From Vicugna vicugna (lineage: Eukaryota), in the NCBI GenBank assembly GCA_013265495.1, contig MU058059.1:1835502-1899501 (forward strand): a DNA stretch of 64,000 nt. Reading direction: 5' to 3'. Below, piece by piece: positions 14,063-27,017 of this stretch. Position 1 is the first letter of the stretch; each line of letters begins with the position of its first letter. The notes beneath the pieces are model-generated. The model was given only the letters and a program-made list of their open reading frames with translations, made no database searches and was not told the origin of the DNA. The position numbers and the translations under genes are program-made.

Positions 14063-14260
14063 GCCCTCATGACATTCTTCAATAAAGTCATTGCCAACGA
14101 ATCAAAAAACCGAATGAGTATATGGAACATTTCTACTATAATGGCACCAAATCTTTTCTTCAGTAGAAGCAAACATTCTGACTGTGAAGAATTAGTCTTA
14201 GCGAACACTGCAGCCCACATCATCCGCCTAATGCTTAAGTACCAGGAAATTCTGTGGAAG
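14063..14260 (+). CDS. ARHGAP28: ARHGAP28 coding exon (end of RhoGAP domain)
   Basis: ttgttag|GCC...AAG|gtgagt; ALMTFFNKVIANESKNRMSIWNISTIMAPNLFFSR...LMLKYQEILWK (RhoGAP N-x-M...PNL motif). Confidence 0.96.
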
Positions 14261-14598
14261 GTGAGTAACAGTGTGTTGACTGGGATGTTCTCATGTCCAC
14301 TAGCCCCCGGGAGACATAAAGGCTTAGACTAAGCAGGGTCCTTGTTGTAGGGAGAAATGGGAGGCAGTTATCCCAGATTGCCTGAAGCATCTTTATATAT
14401 CTCTTCTGCTTCCAAACACATTTTCCTTTAAACAGGAATCCTGATAAATTTTTCTAATCTTTATGAAGACAGAACCACAATTTCTAGTTCCTGGTTCCAG
14501 GAAACTGGCCAGAACGAGTTAGTATAACTGAGGGCGACTCTACCAGGGGGGCTTAATTCGGGTGTTTTCCTTCTCGTCAAGCTGTGTTTCTTCTCCAG

Positions 14599-14712
14599 GT
14601 TCCAGCTTTCTTAATCACTCAAGTCAGAAGAATGAATGAAGCCACTATGCTGTTAAAGAAACAACTCCCAAGTGTCAAAAAGCTGCTAAGGAGGAAGACC
14701 ATAGAACGAGGG
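14599..14712 (+). CDS. ARHGAP28: ARHGAP28 coding exon
   Basis: ttctccag|GTT...GGG|gtaata; VPAFLITQVRRMNEATMLLKKQLPSVKKLLRRKTIERG. Confidence 0.93.
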
Positions 14713-15569
14713 GTAATAACTAACTAACTAAATGTGCAGATATCATGACTGCCCAGGCTCCTGGTGCTCAAAGGATGCACAAGGTAGCTTGTAATTTAGA
14801 ACCCAAATTGTTGTATTCTCACAAAGTGTCAGTCTTGTGACTATAAACCTTGTGGAAATTGTGTTCATGGCAGAGGAGTGTGGTATTTCCATTTTGTTGA
14901 ATTGTGTGCTTTTTCGTTGAAGTTTTTGAATTATCTCTTATCATGAAGATCATTTAATATTGTCTTAAGTACTAAAGGGTAAAATGATTTTCTTACAAAT
15001 GCTGGAAGTCAACATTTTAGACTGTGAACTGGAGTTATGGGCAATCAAGTCATCAGTATATCCAGTAAGTAGAGCTAGAGATTTCTTTAATGATTGGATA
15101 CTAAAAGAACATCTAATCGTCAAGTCGTTTTGTGTAAAGTCATTGCATTTCAAAGAATTTCTGCCTTGACACAGCTGTTTGTGTGCAGGTGCATAATTGA
15201 AACAGGCTTTAGAAAAATTATCTTTATTGCTTTAATGTAATTTGATGATGATCGTGAGTGTCAGGCATAGTACTTGCCTTGAGGAGGATGCAGAGATACA
15301 GGAAACTCACTTTGTCCTTAAGGAAGCGTCTGTCTCGTGTGGTAGAGAAATGTACAGAAGAGCCATGAATATGCATTAAGTGTCAGACCTGTGCCAACCA
15401 CGTGCCAGGGACGTGCAGAGGAGGAAGAAATGTGCTCCCATATGGGAAAGTGTGGTGACCTCATGGAGGAGGTGGCATTTAAGCTGTATCTTGAAGGATG
15501 GATAGCATTTTAAAGGGAAAAATGGGGGGAGGTTCACTCAGGGAAAGAAATAGTAAATCCCTAGGCAGT

Positions 15570-17500
15570 AAGGTGGAAGTATTGATAACTGATTTGTCAC
15601 AATCAAGCCTTTCAGAAAGACCAGTGAAACAGGGGTTTTCAGCTGTTGTTACTTCCAGCTGTCTTTCTGTCCCTTCTCCCCACTCCTCCTGGGTCTCAGC
15701 CTGTCGCTGCTGCTGCACTTGACGCCCTCCAGCAGTTCCTCTTAGGTTCTGTTCTTGTTCTTCATTCTTTTTTCTTTCTGTTCCGAAGACTGGATAATCC
15801 CAATTGACCTATCTTCACATTTGCTGGGTTTTTTTTCTTCTGTCTCCTTAAATCTGCTGCTGAACCCTTCTAGTGGATTTTTCATTTCATTTGGACTTTT
15901 CAGCTCCATAATTTCTTTACGGTGTCTTTTTATAATTTATATCTCTTTACTGATATTCTCTGCCTGGTGAAATAACATCCTTATGGGTTTTTTTAGTTCT
16001 TTTTGAATTTTTTTTCTTTTTTTATTGAAGTATAGTCAGTTTACACTGTTGTGTCAGTTTCTGGTATACAGCGTAATGTTTCAGTCATACGTATACAGAC
16101 ATCTATTCCTTTTCATATTATTTTTCATTATAGGTTATTACAAGATATTGAACATAGTTCCTTGTACTATACGGTATAACCTTGTTTATATACTTTATAT
16201 ATAGTAGTTCGTATCTGTACATCTTGAACTCCTAATTTATCCCTTCCCACCCCTTTTCCTCCCTGGTAACCATAGGTTTATTTTCTATGTCTGTGAGTCT
16301 GTTTCTATAAATAAGTTCTTTGAGTCTTTTTTTTTAATTCCACATATTAGTGATATTCTTTAGTTCTTCAGACATGACTTCCATTACTTCTTTGAAAGTA
16401 TCTGAAATAGCTGGCTTCAGGGCTTCTTAGCAAGGCCCGTGTCTAGGCCTCCTTAAGGAGTTTCTTTTGAAACTCTTGACACTCCTTTTCCCTGTGTATG
16501 GGCCATATTTCTTGCCATTTTTTGCATGTCTTATAATTTTTATTGAAGAACAGACATTTTGAATGTTACAATGGGGCAACTTTGGATTCTCCCCCCACCC
16601 TGCTGCTCGTTATACCTGTTGTTGATTTGTTAATGACGTCTCTGCTGAACTAATTTTGTTAAGTCTGTGTTCTTTGTTTTCTGTGGCTCCTGGAGTCTCT
16701 GTTCCATTAACCTAGTGGTTAGCTGATGTTTGCACAGACATTCTCTTAAATACTTGGAACCAAAAAAAGATGAGCTCTGTGTGTTTGTGTGCTGGACACA
16801 CCTTCAGTATTTGGCCAGTAACTCTGCCTGAACCTTCAGTTTCTGTTTGGACAGAGCTTAAAGGTCACCCAGAGGTGAGAGCTGAAGTTCTTTTCAGATC
16901 TTTCCTGAACATGCGCACAGCCCTGGACATGCACATGGCCTTCTAGGTTCTCAGGAATATGTTGGAGCTTTTCAAAGACCTTATTCCCCAAAACATCTTG
17001 TTCTCTAGACTTGCCTCCCTAGCTTTTTAGTTAGTTTGTTGTTTTCCCCAGCTGTTACCCAGTGCATCAGGCAGCAGTGACTAACACATTTACCTATAAA
17101 TGTTTTCAGCATTACACCACTTTAGTGTTGGTCAGGTTCCAAATGAGGCAAGATAAAAGCAAGCCTGTTGAGCCAGTCTTCCAGGGGACAAATAATTAGA
17201 ATTCTTCGTGAATGAGGTCGATTCTGCTCCCTCCACTACCTCTACCAGGAATGCAGGCTTATTATTTTCAAGGCTATCACTGAGCTATGGAGCCAAGAAG
17301 GGAAAAGTGTAAGTTAAAATGCCACAAAATTCTTATCAACATCCAGCTGTTTTTCTTATTTAAGCACTCCCCTGGTTGCAACTTTTGGGTTAGTGCCCAG
17401 AGTTCTGAAAAGTTGATAACTGACATTTTTTTTTTATCAGTTTATTCATTGCTTGTAGGAAGGACAGACTTTTGGAGTCCTTACTCTGCCATGTTCATTC
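15570..17500 (-). mobile_element. Old L1M 5'/ORF1 fragment, interrupted by a younger L1 3' end
   Basis: gacctatcttcacatttgctg…aatctgctgctgaacccttctagtggatttttcatttca…cagctccataattt. Confidence 0.6.
16002..16358 (-). mobile_element. Younger 5'-truncated L1 (3' UTR only)
   Basis: Poly-T then attgaagtatagtcagtttaca…ttccacatattagtgata; TSD tttagttctt at 15992-16001 and 16359-16368. Confidence 0.85.
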
Positions 17501-18499
17501 TGGAAAGTTTTAGTGGCCTAAGTGTGGAACTGAAGCAGAGGTCAGGTCATGCTTTGTGAGCCTGGGCAAATGGCAGTCTTCCTCTGAACCTCAGTTTGTT
17601 ATATTTTCTAATTGGGAGAAAAAATAATGGTATCTATTTCACAGAGTTGTCATTAGCATCAGCTCATATAATGTGGGTGTAAAGCATTATGTAAATTGTA
17701 TAATGCTATATGAATGTCAGTTGTTTTCGTGTTTTAATTGTAAACAGAACTCAGAATTTTAAAAGGCTCTAAGTACTGTGGAAGCAAGCACTTAAAGATG
17801 AAGAAATAGTCTTTTTTCGGTTCTGTCTGTTGTACTATACCATGTTTTTACTCTTGACTTTGATTGAAATAGACAGTGCATTGACAGGTTACAAAATTTA
17901 AAATATTGGAAAGGGAAAAACTATAGAATAAAAATTGGCCACCTCTGACTTCCCCTCCTGAAGACAAAAAATGTCACCAGTGACAGAGCACATGTGTGCA
18001 GGGGACCACGCAGGTACATATTTCCAGAGAGGCGCAGGACATACAGGCGGCTGTGAACATGTGGTCTTTTTCACATGAATGGAGACATGCCTGAAGCATT
18101 GTCCTGCATCTCCTTTACGACTCATGAAATCATGGTGATTATTCCGAATCAGTCCACAGCACAGCCTTCTTTGCTGCTTTTGCTTGGTATTCCACAGACA
18201 CTCCAGACTTATTCAAGTATTCCCATATTGTTGAACAGTTAGATTTATGTCCATATTTTACTATTAAAATTTGAGCATCAATGAACAAGCTTGTACATAT
18301 GTCATTTCTCACAGATGAAGTATATTTGTAGGATAAAGTTATAGATGTGGAATTGTTGAGCCAGAGTGCATATGTACTTTATAATTTGATAATATTGCCA
18401 AAATGTTTTCCATAAAGGTTGTACCAGTTTATGCTTCCAACAGCAACATATGCTTGTTCTGTCAACTTTAATCCTAAAGACTAAATGTGTTTTATTTAG

Positions 18500-18556
18500 G
18501 TTACAAGCCCCAAGACTTCAAAGGTACTACAAAAATCACCCTCTACAAGAAGAATG
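18500..18556 (+). CDS. ARHGAP28: ARHGAP28 small coding exon
   Basis: ttatttag|GTT...ATG|gtaaga; 57 nt, VTSPKTSKVLQKSPSTRRM. Confidence 0.9.
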
Positions 18557-19036
18557 GTAAGAAAACGAATCATTTCCTTTCCTCCCTAATTATTAACAAC
18601 CTACATAGTATTGTTTGGCTACATCCACCTTACATGTGTACGATTTTGGTCATGAGGCACCTTCAAACATGACATTCTCAATGTAGCACATGAAGGAATG
18701 ATATAGGGGCTCAACTAACTGATAACTCCGAATTTGTGGTTAGGCATTCTGTACACAAGTGTCAGTACTGTAGAAAGTGAGAAGGAAAACGTGGTCATTA
18801 TAACAGGCTCGACAATGTCAGGAGTGTGGAATTGGTCCTACGAGGCTTCTGGGGAGTTGGAAGCGGAGAGACGTGAGATGACCAACAGAATGTTTAGGAG
18901 TGCTCTCGGCTGCAGTGACCCGGGGGCTCCCTGCCCCTCCCAACCGCAGACCCTGCACATCCATTCCCTGGCATGCTCTCCTGGTTCTTGCTGGTGGTGG
19001 TAGTAGAAAAGTGCTAGGAGAATGAACCCTTTCAAA

Positions 19037-19485
19037 CTAGTTTCCTAATGCTGCAGTGACAATACCCCAAACAGGGTGGATTAAAACATTAGAAACTTAC
19101 TCTCTCACAGTCCTGGAGGCTAAAACTCCAAAATCAAGGTGTTGTCTTGGTTGGTTCCTTCTGAAGGCTGTGAAAGGAGGATGTGTTTCTGACATCATTC
19201 GTAGCTTTTGGCAATGGCAGGAATCCTCAGCCTTCCTTAGCTTATATATGTATCTCTCCAATCTCTGCCTCCATCTTTATATGGCATTCATCCTGTGTGT
19301 TTCCTCCTCTTTATAAGGATACCACTTAACATTGGATTAAGGGCCCACCGTACTCCAGTTTGACCTTATCTTAGCTAATTACATGTGCAGTGACCCTATT
19401 TCCAAATAAAGTCACACTCTGAGGTCCTGGGCTTAGAATTTCAACATATTTATTTGGTGGAGGGAACACAATTCAACCCATAACG
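19037..19485 (-). mobile_element. MLT1-type MaLR solo LTR
   Basis: ctctcacagtcctggaggcta…aatcaaggtgttg…attggattaagggcccacc…ccctatttccaaataaagtcacactctgagg…cacaattcaacccataac. Confidence 0.85.
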
Positions 19486-20345
19486 TATTTCTTCTAAAGG
19501 ATATATTGAGCCAATTCACATAAACCTTCTATATCAACAATGCCATGCTTTGAGAATGTGCAGATTCAAAATGATTACCTGGGGAGTAACCAGATCCTCA
19601 AATAGAAATTTATTTCTGTTCACGTCTAAATAGAGAATTAATTTTTAAAACATTCAGAATTTTGAAACAAAAGGAACTTTCCAATCAATTCTAATAAAAC
19701 AACTTTTTGTTAATTAGACAGCACCATTCTTTGAGTATTTCATTTAGATGAAAGCTCTGAGGTCCTCAGGCCAATCAGAGCACATGAAAGCAGAGACACT
19801 CTCTTCCCCAACAGCTGTCCTCACTCTTCTCTTCAGTATTTCTAGCACACTTTGAGGGATCAAGTTTGGTGCCCATCTAGAATTCAGTTTGGAATGGCTG
19901 TTCTTTACTAGTAACTACAGAAAAAGGATACTTGAAAAACCATATTTTCAAATAGATCCTTAAAGTTTTCAGAAGGTTGATCTCCTTAAATTGAAATACA
20001 GATTTCTGCTTCAAGGAGGCTTGTTTAGGACATTGTTTAAGAAAAGACACTGATAGAAGCAATAGTTTTTTTGTCATAACCCGGTATTACTTCAATCACG
20101 ATTTTAAGGGATTTTAGTAAAGTAATATAGTAAGCATGTAACAAAAGTAAAATCCCAGGTCGAGTTTAGTTATTAGTCATCTCTTGTTAAAAAGAAAAGG
20201 AGTGTTTCATTCTGGTTAAATACTGGTCACATTTACATGTTCCCCTAATTCAGAATGCCGCTGATTTTCATATCTCTTAAGTGCATTCATTGAGTGATAC
20301 TCATCCGAGCTTGACAGAATGTGTGGAATTTTTCTTCATTGGCAG

Positions 20346-20470
20346 TCTGATGTGCCGGAAGGAGTCATAAGGGTCCACGCTCCGCTTCTCTCCAAGGTAT
20401 CCATGGCCATTCAGCTCAACAGTCAAACCACAGCCAAGGATATCCTGGCAAAATTTCACTGTGAGAACAG
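20346..20470 (+). CDS. ARHGAP28: ARHGAP28 coding exon (C-terminal region)
   Basis: cattggcag|TCT...AG|gtgagt; SDVPEGVIRVHAPLLSKVSMAIQLNSQTTAKDILAKFHCEN. Confidence 0.94.
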
Positions 20471-21164
20471 GTGAGTAGAAGCGAATATAGGTCTCTGTTC
20501 AGGACAATGAGTTTTTTATCTGATGAGTAACTACAGGCATTTGAAAATATGATCTTTCAGAAAAATTAAAACTTGTTACTTTAGGGACTTTACCACTAGA
20601 TGAAGAATCAAAGGTAGAGAAAGTTAAGTAGACCATAGAAGTATCAGTAACAAAAGATTTGTTTTCAAGGAATTTCTACAGTTGGGATTCTTAATAGGTA
20701 TCTTCTGTCTTGGTGGCTTCACTTACTCAATGAGTTTTTTTTTTATTTAAATAAAAAATATAGCAAGTTAGTTTTATAGATATCTTGATAGATTTCCAGG
20801 AATATCATCATTCCAGGCTCCACTGGGCTTTAATTTAACTTGACTATATCAAGCAGAGTTTATATAGTTGAATGAACATCATAGCTGTTGGTTTCCCTAA
20901 AACATACTAGCCATGAACCTGAGAATCAGAATGATGTTGACAGATAATATTTTTGCACATTTGCCTTGTCACCTGAAACAAGCATAAATCATGATAATTT
21001 TTGTCCAGGCATGCTTATTCAAGGATAAAAATTTGCCTTGAGGTTTTTGAAAGATGAGAATCACTAGTTTAAATCTAGCCATTATAAAGCAGGTACAGTT
21101 TGAAGGTCTCTAGTAAAACTGATGGATACCCTATAAAAGAAATTTTCTGATCATATTGAAAAGG

Positions 21165-21635
21165 AGTAGCCATGTTGAGCGAAAAAAAAGCCAATTGCAG
21201 AAAGTTACATACTGCGAGACTCCATTTATGTAACATTTTTGAAATGACAAAGTTTTAGAAATGGAAAAGAGATGAGTGGTTGCCAGAGGTTGTGGAGGGG
21301 TGCTCATTGGAGAGGGAGATGGCTGTCGTTACAGAAGAGCAACATGAAAGACCCTTGTGGTTTGGAACTGATCAGAATCTTGACTTTGGTGGTGGATCAA
21401 AGAACCTCTAAAGTTTTGTTGAACTAACACACAAACAAGTACAAGTGAAATGGGAAATCTGATTAAGACGGGTAGATTCTATCAGTGTCCATATCCTGAT
21501 TCTGGCATTATACTGTAGTTTTGCAAAATGTTACCATGTTACCACTGGGGAGAACTGGGCAGAAATTCTCTCTGTATTATGTCTTACACTACATGTGAAT
21601 CTACAGTTATCTCAATATAAAATCCAGTTAAAGGT
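21165..21635 (+). mobile_element. L1MC-like 3' end
   Basis: gttacatactgcgagactccatttat…gagtggttgccagaggtt…gttttgcaaaatgttacca…catgtgaatctacagttatctcaa. Confidence 0.75.
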
Positions 21636-22099
21636 AAAGCAGGAGTAGCCAATACGAGTAATCTACGATGTTAGATGCCAGGATGGTGATTTTCTGCAAG
21701 AGTGGATGGAATGGTGTCTAAGAAGGCATGACAGTGGCTTCTAAGAAGGTCCTGTGTTTTAGACGTGAGGCCTGGTTGCACATTATATTCACTTTGTGAA
21801 AAGTCTTTCAGTCATATGTTTATGATGTGTACACTTCACACACACACATACACACACAAACACACAAACATAAAAAAAAGAGTAGACAGAGGCCAACAGG
21901 AGCCCCCAATACGTATCCTCTCCACTGCTGGCCCTGACATCTAAGACACTGTTAATAGTTACCACTAGGCAGTAACAGAGAGACTTAAAATTCCATTGGA
22001 GAGATTTGGGCAATTACAAAACTCTCTACTCTCATGTAGGCCTTTTGTAGGAAAAAAACAAAGGTTCCAATAAAAATAGATCAGAATCAATGAGCATAG

Positions 22100-24035
22100 A
22101 TAGACTCAAATCGTTTGTACCAACTGCAAAAGATCTTATCCTATCCATTCTCTTCACTGATTAGAACTGTGGCGTATTTCAGCTTAAAAGTTGTAAGTGG
22201 GCCCATTTTTGCCTGTTTCACTAGAGTTTTGTATCCCTCCTAGGACATCCCTCTTACAACTAAAATACCTTGAACATAACACAACAAAAAGCGTAGTCTC
22301 TGAAAGGCAGCAGGAAGCCTGCTGGCTGTCTCAGGACACCAGGTGAAGGGACTGGGTGCTGAGTTCCTGGGTTTCTCCTGTGTTATCCCAGGCAGGTTGT
22401 GAAGAAACCTCCAGCTTGGTACAGGCACAGACAAAAAAGAGCTCCAAGGAAAGCCTATCCCCCAGCCAGAGGACCTGGGAAAGGGTGGTCTAACCTCAAA
22501 AAACTCTGGCGGTACTTGCCCTACTCCAACTACACACCAACAGGAAAACACGCTAACCCCCTGGGGTTTCAGTGGGACCAGACGGTAACTGATCTACCAT
22601 GCCCCACCCAACAGAACCAGAGGCAATCCAGTTTCCAAGCAGGTATGTCAGCAGCGTCCTGCCACAAACTGAGCCTCTATCTCCACCCAGCAGCAGTGAG
22701 ACTTAACCAGGCAGTACATGGCAGACCAGGAACCACCAGGTTTCACCCCACCCTCAGTGTCCGTAGGGCCCAGTGGGGAACTGAGCTCACCCTACCCAGC
22801 AGCAACAAAGCAGTGTGATCTGCCCTCTGTTTCCCTGCTTCCTGGTGGCAGCAGAGCCCAGTGGTGATGGGTCTTACATTCCCAATGGGAGCAATGAGGC
22901 AGTGCCAGTCGGTGCCCCACATTCACTGGGCAGGTATCAGAGGGGCCCAGCAAAAAGCTGAAAATATGCAACCATCTATACAACACACAACTCATTTAGA
23001 CGTGAGACCAGGAAAATCACAGCAGGAGTGCAAAGAGACAACAGATTATGCCAACAGTAAATTGAATCCAGTGTTAGAATTATCTGACAAGGATTTTACA
23101 ACAGCCATCATAAAAAGATGTTTCAGCAAGTAGTGGCAAACTCTTTTGAAACAAATGAAAAAAAGAAAATCTCAGAAAAGAAATAGAAGTTACAAAAAAG
23201 AACCAAATGGAAATTGTAGAACTGAAAGATTGACTGAATGAAAAAACCTCTCTGGATGGGCTCAGTAGTAAAGTGGAGACGGCAGAGTATAATCAGTAAA
23301 CTCAGGGGCGTATCGATAGCATCATTTATTCTGAACAATGGAAAGGAAACAGACCAAAAACTTCTAAAAATGAATTCATGGGCTATAACAAGAGAGGCAG
23401 CATTCATATCATTGGAGTGTTGAACCTAGAGAAAACAGTGGGGCTGAACAAGTATTTGAGTAAGTAATGACTGAACACTTCCCCAGTTAGCAGAAGACAC
23501 AAACCTACGTATTCGAGAAGCTAAATGAACCCAAATAGGACAAACCAAAGAAAAACATGCTAAAACATTGTAATTAAACTTGGAATAATTAAAGACAAAG
23601 AAAAAACCCTGAAATCATTCAGAGAGAAGACATGCATCCCTGCCATTGTATTGCTGCTCAGCAGTAGAGATGCAGCAACCTTGGGGGAACCTCCATGGGT
23701 CTGTGCTGATTGGGGAAAAAAAGCCAATACAAAAAAGTTCCATACTGTGATTTCCATTTATATATTTCCATTTGTAAATGACAAGTTTATAGAAATGTAG
23801 AATCCAGGGATAAGAGGTGGAGGCTGAGGATGGGGGGGGAGGTGGCTGTGAGAGGGAAGTGAGGAGTCTTGTGCAGAAGGAAGTGCTCAGTGCCGTGACT
23901 GAATCCATGTGGACCTTCTGGCTGTGATATCACATGAGGGTATTGCCAGATTTTACTACTGGGGAAACAGGATGTGTCTATATTTTCTTACAACCACATG
24001 AGAATCTACAGTTATCGCCAATAAAATGTTTAATC
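22100..24035 (+). mobile_element. Old L1M fragments (5' UTR/ORF1 remnant plus 3' end)
   Basis: ttagaattatctgacaaggatttta…aagaaccaaatggaaattgtagaactgaaa…ggatgggctcagtagta; L1 3'-end motifs at 23630-24035. Confidence 0.65.
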
Positions 24036-24712
24036 AAACAAAGAGCCCACATCCGTCTCCCTCAAGCAGAGAGCTGAAGACTTATCTTTTTGAAGTAACT
24101 AAGCTGAAAGTTATTGCTCAGGTGGGGCTCAGCCTTGGTCTTTCCAGACTATTCTGCCCCAGCGTCCTAGTCTGGGGTAGAAAATTAAAGTTGGGCGATT
24201 ATTTTCTCTGACTTGCTTTCATTATACGGCAGAGACATGCAATGATGTCAACGTCAGACAGTTTTCAAAGCTCCAGGCAAACTTAGAAGTGTGACATGGG
24301 CCGAGGAGAGGCTCTCATTCAGGTTTTGGCAGATACAGAAATGAAACCTGACTTCTTCTGAACTGAGAGTAATGTGACCAATGACAGGACAGTGTGAAAC
24401 ACCATCTGCTCCTCGGCAGCCCTGATGTGCCAGTAATGGGGCCTCTCCTAAGTGGAGCTGACGGAGGTGGGTGGTGGAGCCCAGCATCTTCTGTCTTGGT
24501 TTGGAATAGTTCTGTCCTCTCTGTCTCGGATGCTTGTCTGTGTCACACCAAAAAAAAAAAAAAAAAAAAAAAGTTCTTATTATCACTTCAGTCATAATAA
24601 TGGTTTGTGGGGTGTATTTCACTCAAGGCAGAATGAATTGTTTGTTGCCATGTTATTTAATCCACTTCAGCTCATGGAAGAGGGTTGAAAGTATATTGCT
24701 TTCTTTTTTCAG

Positions 24713-24777
24713 TCATGGTTCATCAGAATACATTAAGATTCAGAACCAAAGGTTGTATGAAATTGGAGGTAATATAG
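24713..24777 (+). CDS. ARHGAP28: ARHGAP28 penultimate coding exon
   Basis: ttttttcag|T...G|gtaagc; (S)HGSSEYIKIQNQRLYEIGGNI. Confidence 0.94.
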
Positions 24778-25339
24778 GTAAGCATTCTTTAATAAATTTT
24801 ACTCCTAAATTCTCTAATTACTGTAATGGAAATATGATGCTATTATTGTAGAAGTATATTTTGTAAATTTCTTAGATATAAAATCAAAATCACTGCTGTT
24901 TTTAAATCTCATACAAGAACAATAAGACTTTCCTAAAATATTTTCAAAATTTAAATGTAAATAGTTGCTGTGCATAGATTTGACTCTTTCTGAGTTAGTC
25001 TCTAGAACTAGAGATTCATGCAAAACGAAAGGCGAGCATCATGGAACTTTTCAGAGTCACGATACTTTGTTTAACTTCCCTGTTTCATTCTTAGCCCAAA
25101 TTCATTCTTCCTATTTCCCTGATGGAATGAAAGGAAGAATCCCGTACGTGCATCCGTGTCCTTTTCTCCTTCTTGCACTCCTCACAGTCAGGATGCAGTA
25201 TCCCTGCTCCTGCTTACGCCGGCGCCTCCCCCCACGTGACGAGGGCACGTCATCCTCCCACTGTCTCCTGTAGTCAGCTTTTCCCTCCCAACCACGTCAT
25301 TTCTATTTGCATAAACATTTTTGTAATTTCTCACATCTT

Positions 25340-25750
25340 CGCAAAACTTTCTCTTGACCCCCTTCAAGTCTACTCCCATTTCTCTGCTCCACTTACAGCA
25401 AAAACTCCTTGAATCAGTTGTCTGTACTCCAGTTTCTTCCTCTCGTTCTCTCTTGAAGCCACTCCAGCCAAGCTTTACCCTTCAGCACTTCACCGAAGTT
25501 GCTCTTCTGTCGAGGTCACCAGAGAACTCTTCTGTTGTGAAATCCAGTGCAAATTCCTTCTGTTTTTATAACGGCCTGAGTTGATCTTTCCCTTCTTTGA
25601 GAAAACTCTCTCTTCACCTGGTTTCAAGGGCCACCTAAGCCTCCAGCTTTTCCCCCTACTTCACAGGCTGCTCCTTCTGAGTCTCCTTTGCCTGTTACTT
25701 CTCATCCTCCCAGCCTCTAAACACTAGAACTTCTGTCTACATTTACCTTC
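25340..25750. mobile_element. L2 fragment
   Basis: acagcaaaactccttgaa…ccactccagccaagcttt…ttgctcttctgtcgaggtcacca…ctccttctgagtctcctttgc. Confidence 0.6.
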
Positions 25751-26511
25751 CTTTGTGAGCTTACTCCGTCCCGCTGCTCTAAATGCACCTGGATGCCATG
25801 CCTCTCAACTTAGTATTCAGACACCCCTGCAGACCCTGCCTGACCTTGTATATCCCGTCACCAGCACATTTTGCCCTGGGGCCTTCATATCTGCTCTGAC
25901 TTTTGTCAGAATGCTTCCCTCCAGATGGTTCACTTCTCATTCCCTCAGCTCTGCCAGGTGTTTGTCGCTGTACCACTTCTCAGTGGGTCATTCCTGGACC
26001 GGACCTTTTCTCTGTGCCTTCCCAGCTTTCTTATTCTCTAATGTTGTCATCTCCAGATCTCTTGCCTGTAGGAGAAATGGAATGACCATTCCTAAAATGA
26101 ACTTGATGTTAATCGCTAGTCCTGGCTAAGTTACTATCTGTAAAGCCATTTGAGGACAGGTATTATCATATAAATGATTATTGATGCTCGTTGTCATATA
26201 AATGAGTTGATACCTGAAACAAGTTCGGGCCACATTTTTCTAACTGATGTGGTGAGTCCAGGGAACAGTTTGCCTGTGGTTGGTATGTCTGTTTTTTCCA
26301 CAGGGTCACGTGGGATTTATTTGAAATACTTCACAGTCAGAAACAAAGAAAAGAAGGAAGGAAGGAAGGCTGGGTTTGCTATGAAACTTTAAAATGTATC
26401 TACTTTTGGCTGAGAGAACTGTATTGCCTTGTTTGAGCCTTACAAATGCACACGTGCACACACAGACGTGTGCGCTCTTGAAAACATTCTCTGATTGTCT
26501 CTTTCTTTTAG

Positions 26512-26606
26512 GACAGCACTGCTTGGATCCAGATGCTTATATATTGGATATATATCACGCAAATCCACAAGCAGAATGGGTGATTAAACCCCAGCCAAGT
26601 GTTTGA
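26512..26606 (+). CDS. ARHGAP28: ARHGAP28 last coding exon to stop
   Basis: cttttag|GA...; (G)QHCLDPDAYILDIYHANPQAEWVIKPQPSV then TGA. Confidence 0.95.
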
Positions 26607-26995
26607 AATACCCCCCAAAATGGCAGCCATCATCATGTTACATGCCAGGAAGTCCTACATTTGGCAGAGGAAAAATAAGACTGCTTTTGACATGTGTGTT
26701 CCTACAGCCCTCTTGGTGTCTCACAGTGTGAACTGTGAAAGAGGAGCTGGTTGACCATTTGAGCTGAAGCTTTCTCACGATGGTTCCTTGATAAGAGTGA
26801 AGGAAAGAAGAGGTGATCCTTCTAGAAGAAAGGCCAACATAGAATATGTAACTCTAATCATTTCTAATACTTTTGACTTCACAGCAGAAATGAACTTGGT
26901 CCTGTACCTGGGAACAGGAAACACTTCTTGGTAGCAAATGCTACCAAACACAAGAGGTGGAAAAGACTTTTTTATACTTATGTTTTATATATGTA

Positions 26996-27017
26996 TACAC
27001 ACACACACACACACACA
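26996..27017. repeat. (CA)n microsatellite in the ARHGAP28 3' UTR
   Basis: acacacacacacacacacacac flanked by (TA) runs. Confidence 0.9.

Noticed and set aside
26592..26606. ARHGAP28 C-terminus QPSV as a class I PDZ-binding motif
   Set aside because: Position -2 is Pro, not Ser/Thr
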